From positions 22,060 to 86,059 of IMG/VR virus record IMGVR_UViG_3300044259_000047: a stretch of 64,000 nt of DNA, one strand, 5' to 3'. The translations under genes were made by a program, and so were the position numbers. Source of the stretch: a virus. Its lineage: Duplodnaviria; Caudoviricetes. Shown here in pieces: positions 50,015-61,420 of the stretch (its first letter is position 1; the number at the start of each line of letters is the position of its first letter). The notes beneath the pieces were generated by a model, which saw nothing but the letters and a program-made list of their open reading frames with translations, had not been told where the DNA came from and did no database searches.

Positions 50015-50830
50015 ATGTCAGAAGAATTTATGCTGCCAATTGTACAACAAAACAACATCTTCACTACAGAAGTTCGTGGCACTCAATACACCTACTACAT
50101 TACTGGTCCTATTCGTGAACCTGAGAACTATGTAGACCTGTGTAACATTCTTCGAAGTGCTGGACCCCAAGATGAGGTGATTATCCGACTAAATTCCAGA
50201 GGTGGTCTTGTTTCCTCTGAGCGGATGATTGTCAACGCCATTGAAGAGTCTCAAGCGTTAGTTCGTGGTTTTATTGAATATGACTGCATGAGTGCTGCAA
50301 CAGGTATCTTTTTGGCGTGTTCGTCTCATGGATGGGGAAAACATATCCAATTCATGGCGCATTGCTCATGGTGGGGTGCGGTCGGAAAAAATCCAGACAT
50401 TAAGAGTCAGACAGAGTTCGGCATTAAACAAATGGAGGAGGAAATTGTTGCCACGTACAAGGGCCTACTCAGTGATGCCGAGCTTTCTCAATGTAACGAT
50501 GGCAAGGAATTCTGGTTTGGTGCAAAAGAACTTGAAGAGCGTATGGCTAATTACTATGAATATGTAGAATCACAAGGTTGTGGAAACCCGGATTGCTTAG
50601 AGTGTGGACAAACCGAAGAAGATTTCGAGATGCCGACCCTAGACGCTATGATTGCTGACGCAGTTGCTCAAGGGATTGAGCAGTACGAAAAGAAAAAGGC
50701 TGATACTGAAAAGAAAGCTGCCCGTAAAGCTAAACCAAAAAGTAAAGTTGTAGTTGCCAAAGATTCTGTTACTATCGAGTCGGAGAGTGCGGTTGTTATT
50801 GGCGGAAAGATTTCAGCTAAATCTGAATAA
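50015..50830 (+). CDS. ClpP-like protease
   Basis: LNSRGG, CMSAAT.IFL, FMAH, E.WF. Confidence 0.8.
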   Translation: MSEEFMLPIVQQNNIFTTEVRGTQYTYYITGPIREPENYVDLCNILRSAGPQDEVIIRLNSRGGLVSSERMIVNAIEESQALVRGFIEYDCMSAATGIFLACSSHGWGKHIQFMAHCSWWGAVGKNPDIKSQTEFGIKQMEEEIVATYKGLLSDAELSQCNDGKEFWFGAKELEERMANYYEYVESQGCGNPDCLECGQTEEDFEMPTLDAMIADAVAQGIEQYEKKKADTEKKAARKAKPKSKVVVAKDSVTIESESAVVIGGKISAKSE

Positions 50831-50898
50831 AATCAGTTGACAGAAGATAGTGTGCTGCTTACAATTCTAGGGCACACTTGATTCAAAGGAGAAGATTT

Positions 50899-52054
50899 AT
50901 GAAATACGTAAACATCGGACTTCTAGGATTACTGCTCGTAGGATGTGTTCAAGCTGATACTCCGATTAGATTTAAATCAGAACTAGTAGCAAATCCTAAT
51001 TATCGACTTAATAGGGTGATTGACACAGAACTTAATGTCGTTTGTTATACTCATTATCAAGCCTTATCTTGCGTAAAACTATAAGGAGATATTATGTCTA
51101 AAGAAGTTAAAGTAACAGTGGTGGAATCTTCTGATATTGACAATTATAATGATGAAGAAGGCTTTACTTTCAAACACCCTTCAAAATTTTATGTATTGAC
51201 AAGCCTAAATCAACTAGTTTATATTCACGTTCGTAGTCGAGCGGAAGCACAAGCATGGGCTGATGAAAATTGGGGAAAGAATTTCTATATTGTTCGGCAA
51301 GCTAAAATGTCAAGTGGGTCAGGGGATTATACTTGTACTGGAACCACATCGAGGCGTGGGACCGCTAGCCACCTTCGACCAACTGTTTAAAGGATTTTTC
51401 CATGTACCAATACATGCCACTAGATGAGGAATTAATTAAAGCTTCAAAAAGATTAAATGAATGGAATGACTGCACTGTAAAAGCTTTTGCTAAAGTGTTC
51501 AATACAACATACGAAAAAGCACACAGTCATTTAAAGAATGCTTGTAACAGACAAAACAAATGTGGTATACAAAGTAGCAAAGTTTTACCACAAAGCTTGA
51601 AGAAAACAAAGCATAAAGTTGGGCCTTACACAAGAGAAAACAGGATTCAGCTTAAGAAGTTTTGTGAGAAGCATCCGAAAGGACGATATTACGTAGCTTT
51701 ATGTGGTCATGCTATTGCAATTATTGATGGAGTTGTGTATGATCATTCGGACAGGCCAAGACGACAAGTGACTTGGGCAATGAGAGTTTATTTGGAAGGA
51801 GAGATTTAATGAAAGTAAAAGAATTGATCAAACTCTTGAAAGGTGTTGATCCAGAATCAGAGGTATACATGCAAAAAGACGATGAGGGCAATGGTTATCG
51901 TTCTATCCGTGGTGTTGACGAAGACGAAGCACTAAGTCTTGATTATGAAGAACTAGCTTTCCTAAGCCATTATGAATCTCTTCAAGATTTGGAAGATGAT
52001 TATGGTGATAAAAAGGAAAACCTAGACTTCTTTAGCTGCACAATTCTCTATTGA
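50899..52054 (+). CDS. hypothetical proteins (lipoprotein 50899-51084, 51094-51390, 51402-51809, 51809-52054)
   Basis: TTGACA-17-TACAAT promoter near 50837; 51402-51809 has DC.V.A...H...I.DG..YD, a peptidase-like Cys/His pattern. Confidence 0.6.
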
Positions 52055-52056
52055 TT

Positions 52057-52467
52057 ATGAAAGAAATTTACAAACTTGCTCTTATGGACATGGCTTGTCG
52101 TTTTGGAGAAACGTCTTATGCTGAACGCCTCAAAGTAGGAAGCTTGATTTTCAAGAATGATTCTGTCATAGCTTTAGGTTGTAATGGTCAACCCCCCGGC
52201 TGGCATACAGAAGTTTGTGAGGACGAAGAAGGTAATACATTAAGCACTGTTCGACACTCAGAGGATGCAGCACTACAGAAGCTTTGGAATAGTTCAGAAA
52301 CTGCTGACGGTGCCGAGATGTTCATTTCACACAAACCGTGTTTGAGTTGCAGTATCAAGATCGTCACAGCAGGCATTCGTAAGGTGTATTATCGTCACGA
52401 CTACCGCTGTAATGACGGTATAGAATATCTATTGAAACACGGCCTAGAAATAGAGCAAATCAATTAA
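52057..52467 (+). CDS. dCMP deaminase
   Basis: R.KVG, G.NG.P, HSE..A, PC..C...I..AGI. Confidence 0.88.
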   Translation: MKEIYKLALMDMACRFGETSYAERLKVGSLIFKNDSVIALGCNGQPPGWHTEVCEDEEGNTLSTVRHSEDAALQKLWNSSETADGAEMFISHKPCLSCSIKIVTAGIRKVYYRHDYRCNDGIEYLLKHGLEIEQIN

Positions 52468-52475
52468 ACAAATTC

Positions 52476-52531
52476 TTGCATAGCCTTTATTCTTGGTGTA
52501 CTATTAACACTGTGAGTAAGGGCTATTTTTA
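52476..52531 (+). promoter_or_regulatory. promoter embedded in a terminator-like hairpin
   Basis: TTGCAT-17-TACTAT; 13-bp stem 52480-52492/52514-52526 plus T tract. Confidence 0.65.
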
Positions 52532-53012
52532 TTGGAGGGAAGAAATTGGAATGGGAAGCAAACTGGATTAGGAAGAACATCAATAGATACGACTCTACTA
52601 TGCACGCCGAAGCTGTTATTAAGAACATAGACAAAAGGTATTTAATTAATTATCTTCAAAAGAAGGTTAAGGAATTAGAAGAGGAACTGGAACGTGACCA
52701 AAAGTGAAATCATCAAAGAGCTTAAGAGTATTCACGGACATCTCAAGAAGGCTTTGGATAGATCAGAAAAGCTTGCCAAGAAAATTGATGTGCCGTCATA
52801 CACTGAGTTATACTTTATCACAGAAGAAGTAGGTCAGCTTTTAGAGATGGCTACTAAAAAGGAGAAAGAATGAAACCAGAAGACTGGGTTATTGAAGATA
52901 TTCGTACCTTAAGACAAAAGAAACACCTTGACAGCACAGAACAATCGTATTTAAATCTCTTACAGTGGTACACGAAATTACTCAAGAGTAAATAAATTTA
53001 CGGAGAAATACC

Positions 53013-56000
53013 ATGAACACACAACAACGTTATAAAGCTCTTGTTAGAATTAAAGCTCAGCTAAATGAGTGGGCGAGTTATCAACCAGAACACCACCACA
53101 AACTTTATGGTGGAAAAGAGATTAATGAATGTGTTCAGCTTTGCAAGAAGCTTATTTCTGATTTACAATATGAATTAGAGCTTGAAGAATCAGCCAAGCT
53201 TGAGCTATACTGTGCTGGTGATTCGCTAGCGCTTCATAACATCAATTAAAGGAGAGAATATGCCGTACACACGAAATACACGTATTCGACACGTTAAGAA
53301 ACTACACAACAGCCGTTACACTGCACAAGTTCAATATCGTATACCATTTACGAAAATTACATGGTGGGAAGATTTCAGCGATGTTGGCTATGGATTCCTG
53401 AAGTGGCAGTTTATAAAAGACTTTAAAGGTGAATTGCCATTCCGTGCTGAACGGGATTGTATCCACAATGTGGAGTTTGAAGAAGTGAAAGGTCTTGAGT
53501 GGGCTAAAGCAATTATTGACCGTTACCACGAACTTTACGATGAGTACGAAGCTGGAACTACTGTAGAATATATTAAATACCCTTAAGGAGAAACAAAATG
53601 AAAGAACAAGTAGAAATTAAAGACACTAAGATTCTGCAACTACAGTCTGTTGACGCTTTCCTTGTAGAGCTTGGCTATAAACGAACCAAAGACGGTAAAC
53701 GATATGAATTTGCTTATCCTGTAAAGACTGGTGAACGTTTTATCAGTATGCGTACAGCAATTGAGCTGCACAATAGCGTTTGGAAGTATGACACACATAC
53801 CTGTCTGTATTATCCAGTAGATGCTTACGGTCTTCGACCAAACGTAGATTCAGCATTCAAGCTCTCTCCATATGAATACGAGAAAAGCCAATCACGTAAA
53901 ATTGTTTCTCATGTTTCTTTGCAGCAAACAAAGAATGGTGTTTTGAAGGTGCAAAAGAACCTTGTTGAGTTTATGGCGCCATTTTATTATCAACAGTTTC
54001 TAGGAGAAGAATGATGTTTGAAGCACTTAAGAAGCTATGGAATAAAGATCTACTAGTAACTGAAAAACCAGTTGTCGTAAAAACTAATATTTCAGAACCT
54101 GTGATTAGTTTTGTGAAAGCTGTTAAGAAAAATCCAAAACAGTTTACAATTCAAAAATCTGAATATTTTTCAGACGAAGTAAATTTCTGCGGATCGAAAT
54201 GGATTAAATATTCGGTACAGGACAAAGTAAACGATAAAACTTTTATTGGCGTCGTAATCAAAGATACTGGTATTATTAGTTATACTCCAAAAACATCCGA
54301 TAGAGTATTTCAAAAACCAGAGCCTTGGCTTACAGACGAAGAAGTCCTCTACGTTGTAAAAGAGCTTGAAGAGTTTTTCAAAGAAAAAGTAGAACGAGTG
54401 AAAGCCAAGATCGAGAAACGTGCTCGTGAACGTCTCACCAAACTTTATAAAGGAGAATAACCATGATGCCGTCAGAGAAGAGCGAATTGCTTGAGAAGAT
54501 TAAACAAGCAGAACACAAAGCTACTGAACAATATTATTTGGGATTAAAACGTGCTATTGGTGTTGTTAATCGTGCTGATTATCTTACAGAAAAACAGAAA
54601 CAGAAGCTTGCAGAGGATTTCTTGAAATGAAAACGATGACTTGGTATGGTATTAGTGATGGTTACGGAGTAGTCGGTACTGGTTGGGAATGTCCTCATTG
54701 TGAAGAGGAGCATGACTGGGTATTTTATGACGATCTTGGTGAAACGGTAACTTGTGAAAATTGCAAGAAATCAAGTATTGTCGCAGAGGAGATGGACTGG
54801 TGAGTGGAGATAATCTAAAGCAAATCCACATCACAAACATTAACAACAAACCTGAACTTTATATTGATGGTCTAATTATCCTTGACAAGATAAATTCAGT
54901 ATATTTTGAAGATGCTATTTATCGAGCACGGGACAATACGATTGTTACAAATACAGGACCAAAGACGATCATTAGTCTTGTGCAACGTGGACTGCCAGTT
55001 TACTTTCTATCATGAATTTAGTAAAGCAAAGGGATCAGTGGAAGCAGGGATTTAAAAATGGAGAAAAGCCTTTCTTTCCTGCTTTTGATGATTACAAAAA
55101 GAACAGAGGTTCGGAATACTTCAGGCTGAATGCAAGTATTGAACAGTTCTTTGAGTATGTGTTGTTTTTAGAGGAGAGATTAAATGACTCGTGAAGAGCT
55201 AAAAGAAATGTTGAATAAACAGAAAGAGTCTGAGTATTACAAACACATGGACCAAGTGGGAGGTAGAGCCTCATGATTTATACACCGGATGGATATGCAA
55301 TCCTTAAGATTCAAGCTTATGGTTCTGATGATGTTGTTCTTAAAGTCTTTGGATCGTGGTCTGGAGGATACCTAGATGGTGATTCATGGAGGTTGAATTC
55401 AGGAATTATTGACGTCAAAGAAGATGGAAATACTTACTTAGTTACAGGATACTCAGGAAGTCAGTATGTTCTATCCAAACACACGAATTACATACGACCT
55501 TACAATGAAGCTATTTTGCAAGATATGTTAGCTGAATTACGATCTTACGGACACAAGGTAGAACTAATCACAATCAAAGATGTAATAGCGATAGTCGGAG
55601 TGTAAGATGAGATGAAAAACTTCATAGCTTTCTCTTTCATAATTGCTTTAACAGGCTGTACACATCAGCAACCTAGACTAAACGGATCAGGAACGCAGTA
55701 TCAGCTTTGGCAAACACAAGTATTAGAAGAATGTGCTAGGAAAGCAGCTACAATTACTGTAGAATTAATGGAAGAGAAGGCTCGTGAAGGAATTCTTTTG
55801 AATCTTGAGCAAGGACATATGATTAACAAGTATATCTTAGAGCTTTGCTATAGGAAGAATGGGATTGTGATATGAAAGATATTAAAACGACGATGCTAGC
55901 AGGAGAGCTTCGCAAAGTAAAACCAAGACGTTTTGTTATGCTCGGAATGCTACATGAAGAAACAGTATCCAGATTTGATGATTGGGATCTTGTATTTGGG

Positions 56001-58862
56001 GATAAATATTGCTACCGCATTCACAGGATTTCTGGAGAAACTATTGTCCTAAAAATTGAATGGTTAGGCACAGACTGGGAAAAGGAGCTTACTGGAATCC
56101 CAGACAACAAGGAAATACAAGTTTCAGTAGATGTCTATAGACAGTATCTTGAGCAGGAGAAAATCTTAAATGAAAAGATTTAAAAACATTGATTTCTGGC
56201 TAGGACTTCTCATCCTAACAGTATTAGGATTCTTGGCTTTTGTTTTTGTAACAGGTGTTGGCTATCTAATAGCACTAGTTTTCATAATTCACAGTTGGTG
56301 GTATATTATTTTTGGTACATTACTAGGTATGACTGCTGTGTTCTTACAGCTTCTGTATTTGCATGATAAAAAGGAGAAGAAAGAATGAGTTTCAGATATT
56401 GTTACTATTTTAATGAATACAAATGCCACCCAGAAACCTGTTGCCATGAAGAACATTTTACTTATAGTGTTTATAGAGTAGAGCCTTTGAAGTATCCGTT
56501 TGGTCCCTATGAGTACGGACCGAAAGATATACTAATGCAATCTGATAGTAAAACTGAGTGTGAAGAGTATCTTAAACAATTTAAAAATAATCAAGGTCTA
56601 GAAGATCCTTGGATGACTTATTAAGGAGAATATATGTTATCTGATATTACACCAGAACAACGACAAGCCTATTTAGAACAAGGTCGTATTGCACGACAAG
56701 AGAAAGTTCTATTTGCACAAGAGAATCTAGACACAGACCATGGAGAGGATGGTAAACATTGGGCTTATCTGGCTTCACTATACAATCTACGTCTTCCAAA
56801 CTGGTCAGCACCAAACACAGAAACAAAACATATTCGCAGAGCCTGTAAGAAACTTGGTGTTGATTTGAATGAATACGTAGACTCATGCGGTTGCAGAACG
56901 CTAGCTGAATTGGTAAAATTGAATCCAAGGGAAAATGCTGTGCAGTTTGTAGGCCTATTCCTTGAGTGGCATAATGAGAGTCAGACAAATCCAGTTGAGT
57001 ATGAGGAGGATTGAATGAAAGATTTATTTTGTGTAGCTATTGCTTGTGTTCTGTCAGTTACTTTAACTGTAACATTAGGTTTAAGCAGCCTACTAGCCTT
57101 CTTACTTGGTATGGGCTTAGGATTTATCGCAATGTGGATTGCTGCTGCTTGGAAGGGTCATTGGTAATCAATCCAAACAAAGAGATTCATAGGAAATAAT
57201 GATAAAATAATCGAGATGTCACGTCAGTGACTGCCCCCTACGTCTTATAGGATAGCTCGATTATTTATAGCGCAAAACGTGAGGAAAAGATATTATGCGT
57301 TGGCAGACATTCGAGCAAGACGAAGGATTTAAAAAGAAATTTATATGGTTTCCTATATATGTACAGGAAGAAAAGTGCTGGGTGTGGTGGGAATATCTAC
57401 TGTGTAAGACTTGCCCTTGGCACGATGGTAGTATAACCTACCTAAAAGAGCTTGATGGAAGACCATTTAGGAAAAATAGAGATGACAAACATTCTTAAAT
57501 TCCAAACGAAAGAACAGAAAGCAAAAGCTGAACGCTTATCCTTGACATTTCATGTGCAAACAGATATTCTTGAAGATGGAAGTGTTTGGTATAAGATCGG
57601 AAGTGAAAACTTAAAGACAAAAGAAATTATTTGGGATGAATGGAGGAAGGTGGATGAGTGATATCCTGTTACCAAACGGTTGTTATGAAGATTCAGGCTA
57701 TGATTTCTTTGAACAACAAGTAAAGGAGGAATTTGAATTCTATGCTCGTCGTCAGGGATATGATCTTACACGAGATAAGGACTATAGCTTTTTCTACAAA
57801 GATGGCAGAACAGAAGATGCTTGGAGAATGTACCACCAAGCTCATGTGAGGGGTAGAGAGTTTCAGATTAGGAGGAAGGTGGATGAAATATAGACAACGA
57901 GATTGTGACTGGTGCACAAAGGAGTGGGAAGGATACGAAACAAAGCCCGGATACTATCAGTACATTGAAGGTGGGACTTTTGAAATCTGTGGAGCTTGCA
58001 ACGGAACAGCTTTGATTGACGATCATTGTTATTGCTATGCACGTTACAGCGGTGAGTGTTGCTGTGACTACAGAGGCTGGGATGAATAATGCCCAAACAC
58101 GAACGATCAGAATACATGAAAGGCGTTCTCTTCGCTGAAGAGCAGAAAGAGGTTGGTTGGGTCTTTAAATCTTGCAATTACGAAGAACAGAGTCTAGAAT
58201 GGGAATGGAACTCTTCTGAAGGCTGTGAGAAGCCAAGACAGATTGTGTTTGCAGAGAATGAATTCTTTGATGGTGTAATTGATTATCAGAAACATGTGGG
58301 GAGGTTGGAATGCAAGTAGAATGTAGCAAAGAAGATATAATTGCATTAATTAAGGGGTATGATCCTTTCAAATACGACTTGTTGTTAAATAAGTTCTGTA
58401 CCTACTACGATCAGTATGGCAGATTTGAGTGGGAATATGGTATATTTGATAATTGGTCAGAAGAACAGCTCTATGATCTATTGACCAGGCTTAGAAACTT
58501 TGTACCAAAAAAGTCGACGCAAGAATTATTGAAAGGGAAACAACGGCAAGAAATTTTAGAAATTCAACATATTTACGAAGATGGTGTTCGTAGAAACTGT
58601 CAATCACAAATTAACGCAGCCGCAGAAGAACTTTCAAGACTACGGGGCCTATATAATGAGCATGACTAAATTTGAATGTGCTGTTGATTATGCTTGGAGT
58701 AACCTCAAGATAGGAGATGATGACTATATTCCTAGTTGTATGAACGTAGGATCAAAAGCTATTGACCTTCTACGAGAGTTCTACGATAATGCACAGAGTA
58801 TGGGTGTTCCTAGTGAATGGTTAATGGATAGGGCAGAGAAGCTTTTGGAGGAGTGGAATTGA
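53013..58862 (+). CDS. run of about 20 small hypothetical proteins (including lipoprotein 55612-55875, membrane protein 56170-56388, Cys-rich 57883-58089)
   Basis: Tandem short ORFs with AGGAG RBSs and overlapping stops/starts. Confidence 0.6.
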
Positions 58863-59401
58863 ATTTAATCTGTAAGGAACACAAATCAGCAAGCTATGCA
58901 CCGCGTACATACCACAACGCTTCACAGGGCATTACTCTAGCGATTGCTGTAGACTTTAGCACAGCAGGAGAAAAGCTTACGCACAAGGCTGCATATGGCA
59001 AGATTGTACAAATTGATTGGTTTAATACTTGGGATAAACTGTATCCTGCACGAGCTTTGTATTCAATGTTGAAGAAACATGATTGTCATGTAGTTAACGT
59101 GGCTGGTAATGGCATATACACACTACAAAAGCATGGTGTCACACAAGCACAAGCAAATCAGTATGTGTACGACATCCTTAAACTTGTTAATGAACATTGG
59201 CCTATTAGGCAAGTGGTTAGTGGAGGACAAACAGGGATGGATATTGCAGGGCTTATAGCTGGCGTAGCTCTAGGTATTGAAAGTATTGGTACGTGGCCTA
59301 AAGGCTATAAGATGCGATTTGAAGATGGAAAAGATGTAGACAAGACAGAAGAGTGGGTGCATAATTACATTATCACACAAGTAGCTGAATTGGAGGTTTA
59401 G
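58853..59401 (+). CDS. SLOG-superfamily protein (circularly permuted YpsA / MoCo-carrier-like)
   Basis: Y..RT..N, NVAGN, VSGGQTG.D.AGL. Confidence 0.7.
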   Translation: MELNLICKEHKSASYAPRTYHNASQGITLAIAVDFSTAGEKLTHKAAYGKIVQIDWFNTWDKLYPARALYSMLKKHDCHVVNVAGNGIYTLQKHGVTQAQANQYVYDILKLVNEHWPIRQVVSGGQTGMDIAGLIAGVALGIESIGTWPKGYKMRFEDGKDVDKTEEWVHNYIITQVAELEV

Positions 59402-59420
59402 GCTGACAGAGTCATTTGAT

Positions 59421-60425
59421 ATGGAGACAGAATATAAGCTTATCACTGATGCTGACTTTGCAGCAGATTGGGTAAAAGAAGAAGTTAGTAAGTCTGTAGA
59501 GTGGTTTAGTAAGAAAATACATTCGGGCTGTGTATGTGATTGTGAGAAGAACTATGGCAAGGGTTGTTTGAATTCTAAAGCTTATTTGAGGGGAGATTGT
59601 AAATGAATTCGCTAGAGAAAGTGCATAAGTGGCTAGAAGATATGCAAGCTAAGATCGATGCTGAACAAGATCCAATTGAAAAGCGTCTTCTATGGCAGGA
59701 CAAGAACAGTATTGAATTAAACATCAAATACTACATCCCTGGACAACTTGAGAAAGGCTCTACTCACTTCTTCTGTAAGGAGTGTGGACGTATTGAGTTT
59801 GCAACATACAGTCCTGATGTAAAGAAACGTCTAGAAGAGAACCAATACTGCTTCCGTTGTGACTTTTGGATTGAAAGAGAAAAAGAATACCTAAATAAAG
59901 GCTTCTTGATTATTGACGGTTGCGTGTACTCAGACGCAGGCAGCACAAAAGGTAAAAACACAGCGTACAATGGCTTTGGTGGATCAGTATTTAAGATTCG
60001 TATGTTAGATGGAAGTAAAGAATGGGAAACCAATAACCTTTGGTGCGGCGGAGAGATTCCTAAGAAGTATCGACTAAGCACAATGAAAGATAATGCTGAG
60101 TTTATCAAACAGAAGCTGCCAAGCCTAGATGACTTGGTGTAGTAGTATAAAATAACCCTCTTAATTGAGGGTTTTGTTTTTAGGAGAAAATATGTTTGTG
60201 CCTTACACAGAAGAAGTATTGAAGCTTAGAGAAAACAAAGACTACCTTGCATATGGCATAGCACGAAGAGAACAAGTGTTAGCTTTTACAGGACCATTAC
60301 AATACCAAGTCCCTACTATAGAACAATATACATTACGCAAGAACCAAGATGAACCTTGTGCCAAATATCGAGAGGTGATGAGACTAGCCTTACAATTCAA
60401 ATGCATATGGGGGAGAAGCAATTAG
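59421..60425 (+). CDS. hypothetical proteins (59421-59606, 59603-60142 with CxxC motifs, 60192-60425)
   Basis: ORFs with RBSs; terminator AACCCTC-TTAATT-GAGGGTT near 60154-60180. Confidence 0.6.
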
Positions 60426-60431
60426 AAGAGG

Positions 60432-60998
60432 ATGCAAGAAGAGTACATGAACTTACAAACCAAGAAAGATAAGTATGACGGGACCTTTGTGTTAAATGAG
60501 GATACAGGGGAAATCCTAGTACACGTACCAAATCCACGACCAAAGAAGAAAGTAGTTCCCATTGAGAAATACATAGGAGTAGATACCAAATATCCTAAAG
60601 ACTGCATTACGGCTGATAGCCTATTGTCTGCTGTCTCTGTGATTGACGCTTATGTGAATGACAAAGTAGTTGTCTCATCCCACGTGCTTCTTGAATGTGT
60701 TGTACAAGGACTTCTAACACCACAAGAAGTGAAGCTTCTGAAATACATCATCACCAACTGCACAGCATGGAATATTTACATAGGGTCAACCAAAGACCTA
60801 ACCACTTCTGGAATCCAAGAGAAGAACCTAACAAGACTTCTAACTTCTATGAGTCCAAATATCTTAAGGATTAGAGATAGGAATAAACCACAGAGGGGAG
60901 ATATCATTATTGAATTTAGCCCCTTCTACGGATGGAAAGGAGATAATGAACTTCGTACTGGAGCACTGAATAATTGGTATGGAATGGCAGAGACTTGA
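60432..60998 (+). CDS. putative winged-helix / Rep-like DNA-binding protein
   Basis: N.DTGEI motif and C-terminal P..GWKG resemble RepL-like proteins. Confidence 0.4.
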   Translation: MQEEYMNLQTKKDKYDGTFVLNEDTGEILVHVPNPRPKKKVVPIEKYIGVDTKYPKDCITADSLLSAVSVIDAYVNDKVVVSSHVLLECVVQGLLTPQEVKLLKYIITNCTAWNIYIGSTKDLTTSGIQEKNLTRLLTSMSPNILRIRDRNKPQRGDIIIEFSPFYGWKGDNELRTGALNNWYGMAET

Positions 60999-61384
60999 CT
61001 TCTCCGCATTTTTGCGAATTAAAAACTCTACACCCCTTATAAATCAAGGGTGTTAAAATCTACTATACATATTAATAGACTAGAAGGAAATATCCAACTC
61101 CCCTCTGAGAGAACATGCTTGTTTAGGTGTTCTCTTTTGGTGTTGTGTTAAGAAATATAGGAAGGAGTATTCAGATGAGTTCTGAACTACCAGATAGTTA
61201 TCTGAGTGGTTTAACACCCTACCATACTCACTCTCTCACTTCAACTACAATCCAAAAATATCTCATTGTATATTTCTATCAGAATCTCCCAATCGATAGA
61301 GAATAGCTTAAACAGAGTATTTAAGATAATAGCTATTAAAACTAATTGGTTAATAGAATAGAGCTATTATTGGAGACGAAAGGA

Positions 61385-61402
61385 AGCCCCAGTGAAGGGG
61401 CT
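61385..61402. terminator. terminator between convergent units
   Basis: AGCCCC-AGTGAA-GGGGCT. Confidence 0.65.
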
Positions 61403-61420
61403 AGTTTGGAAAGGGGTTGT

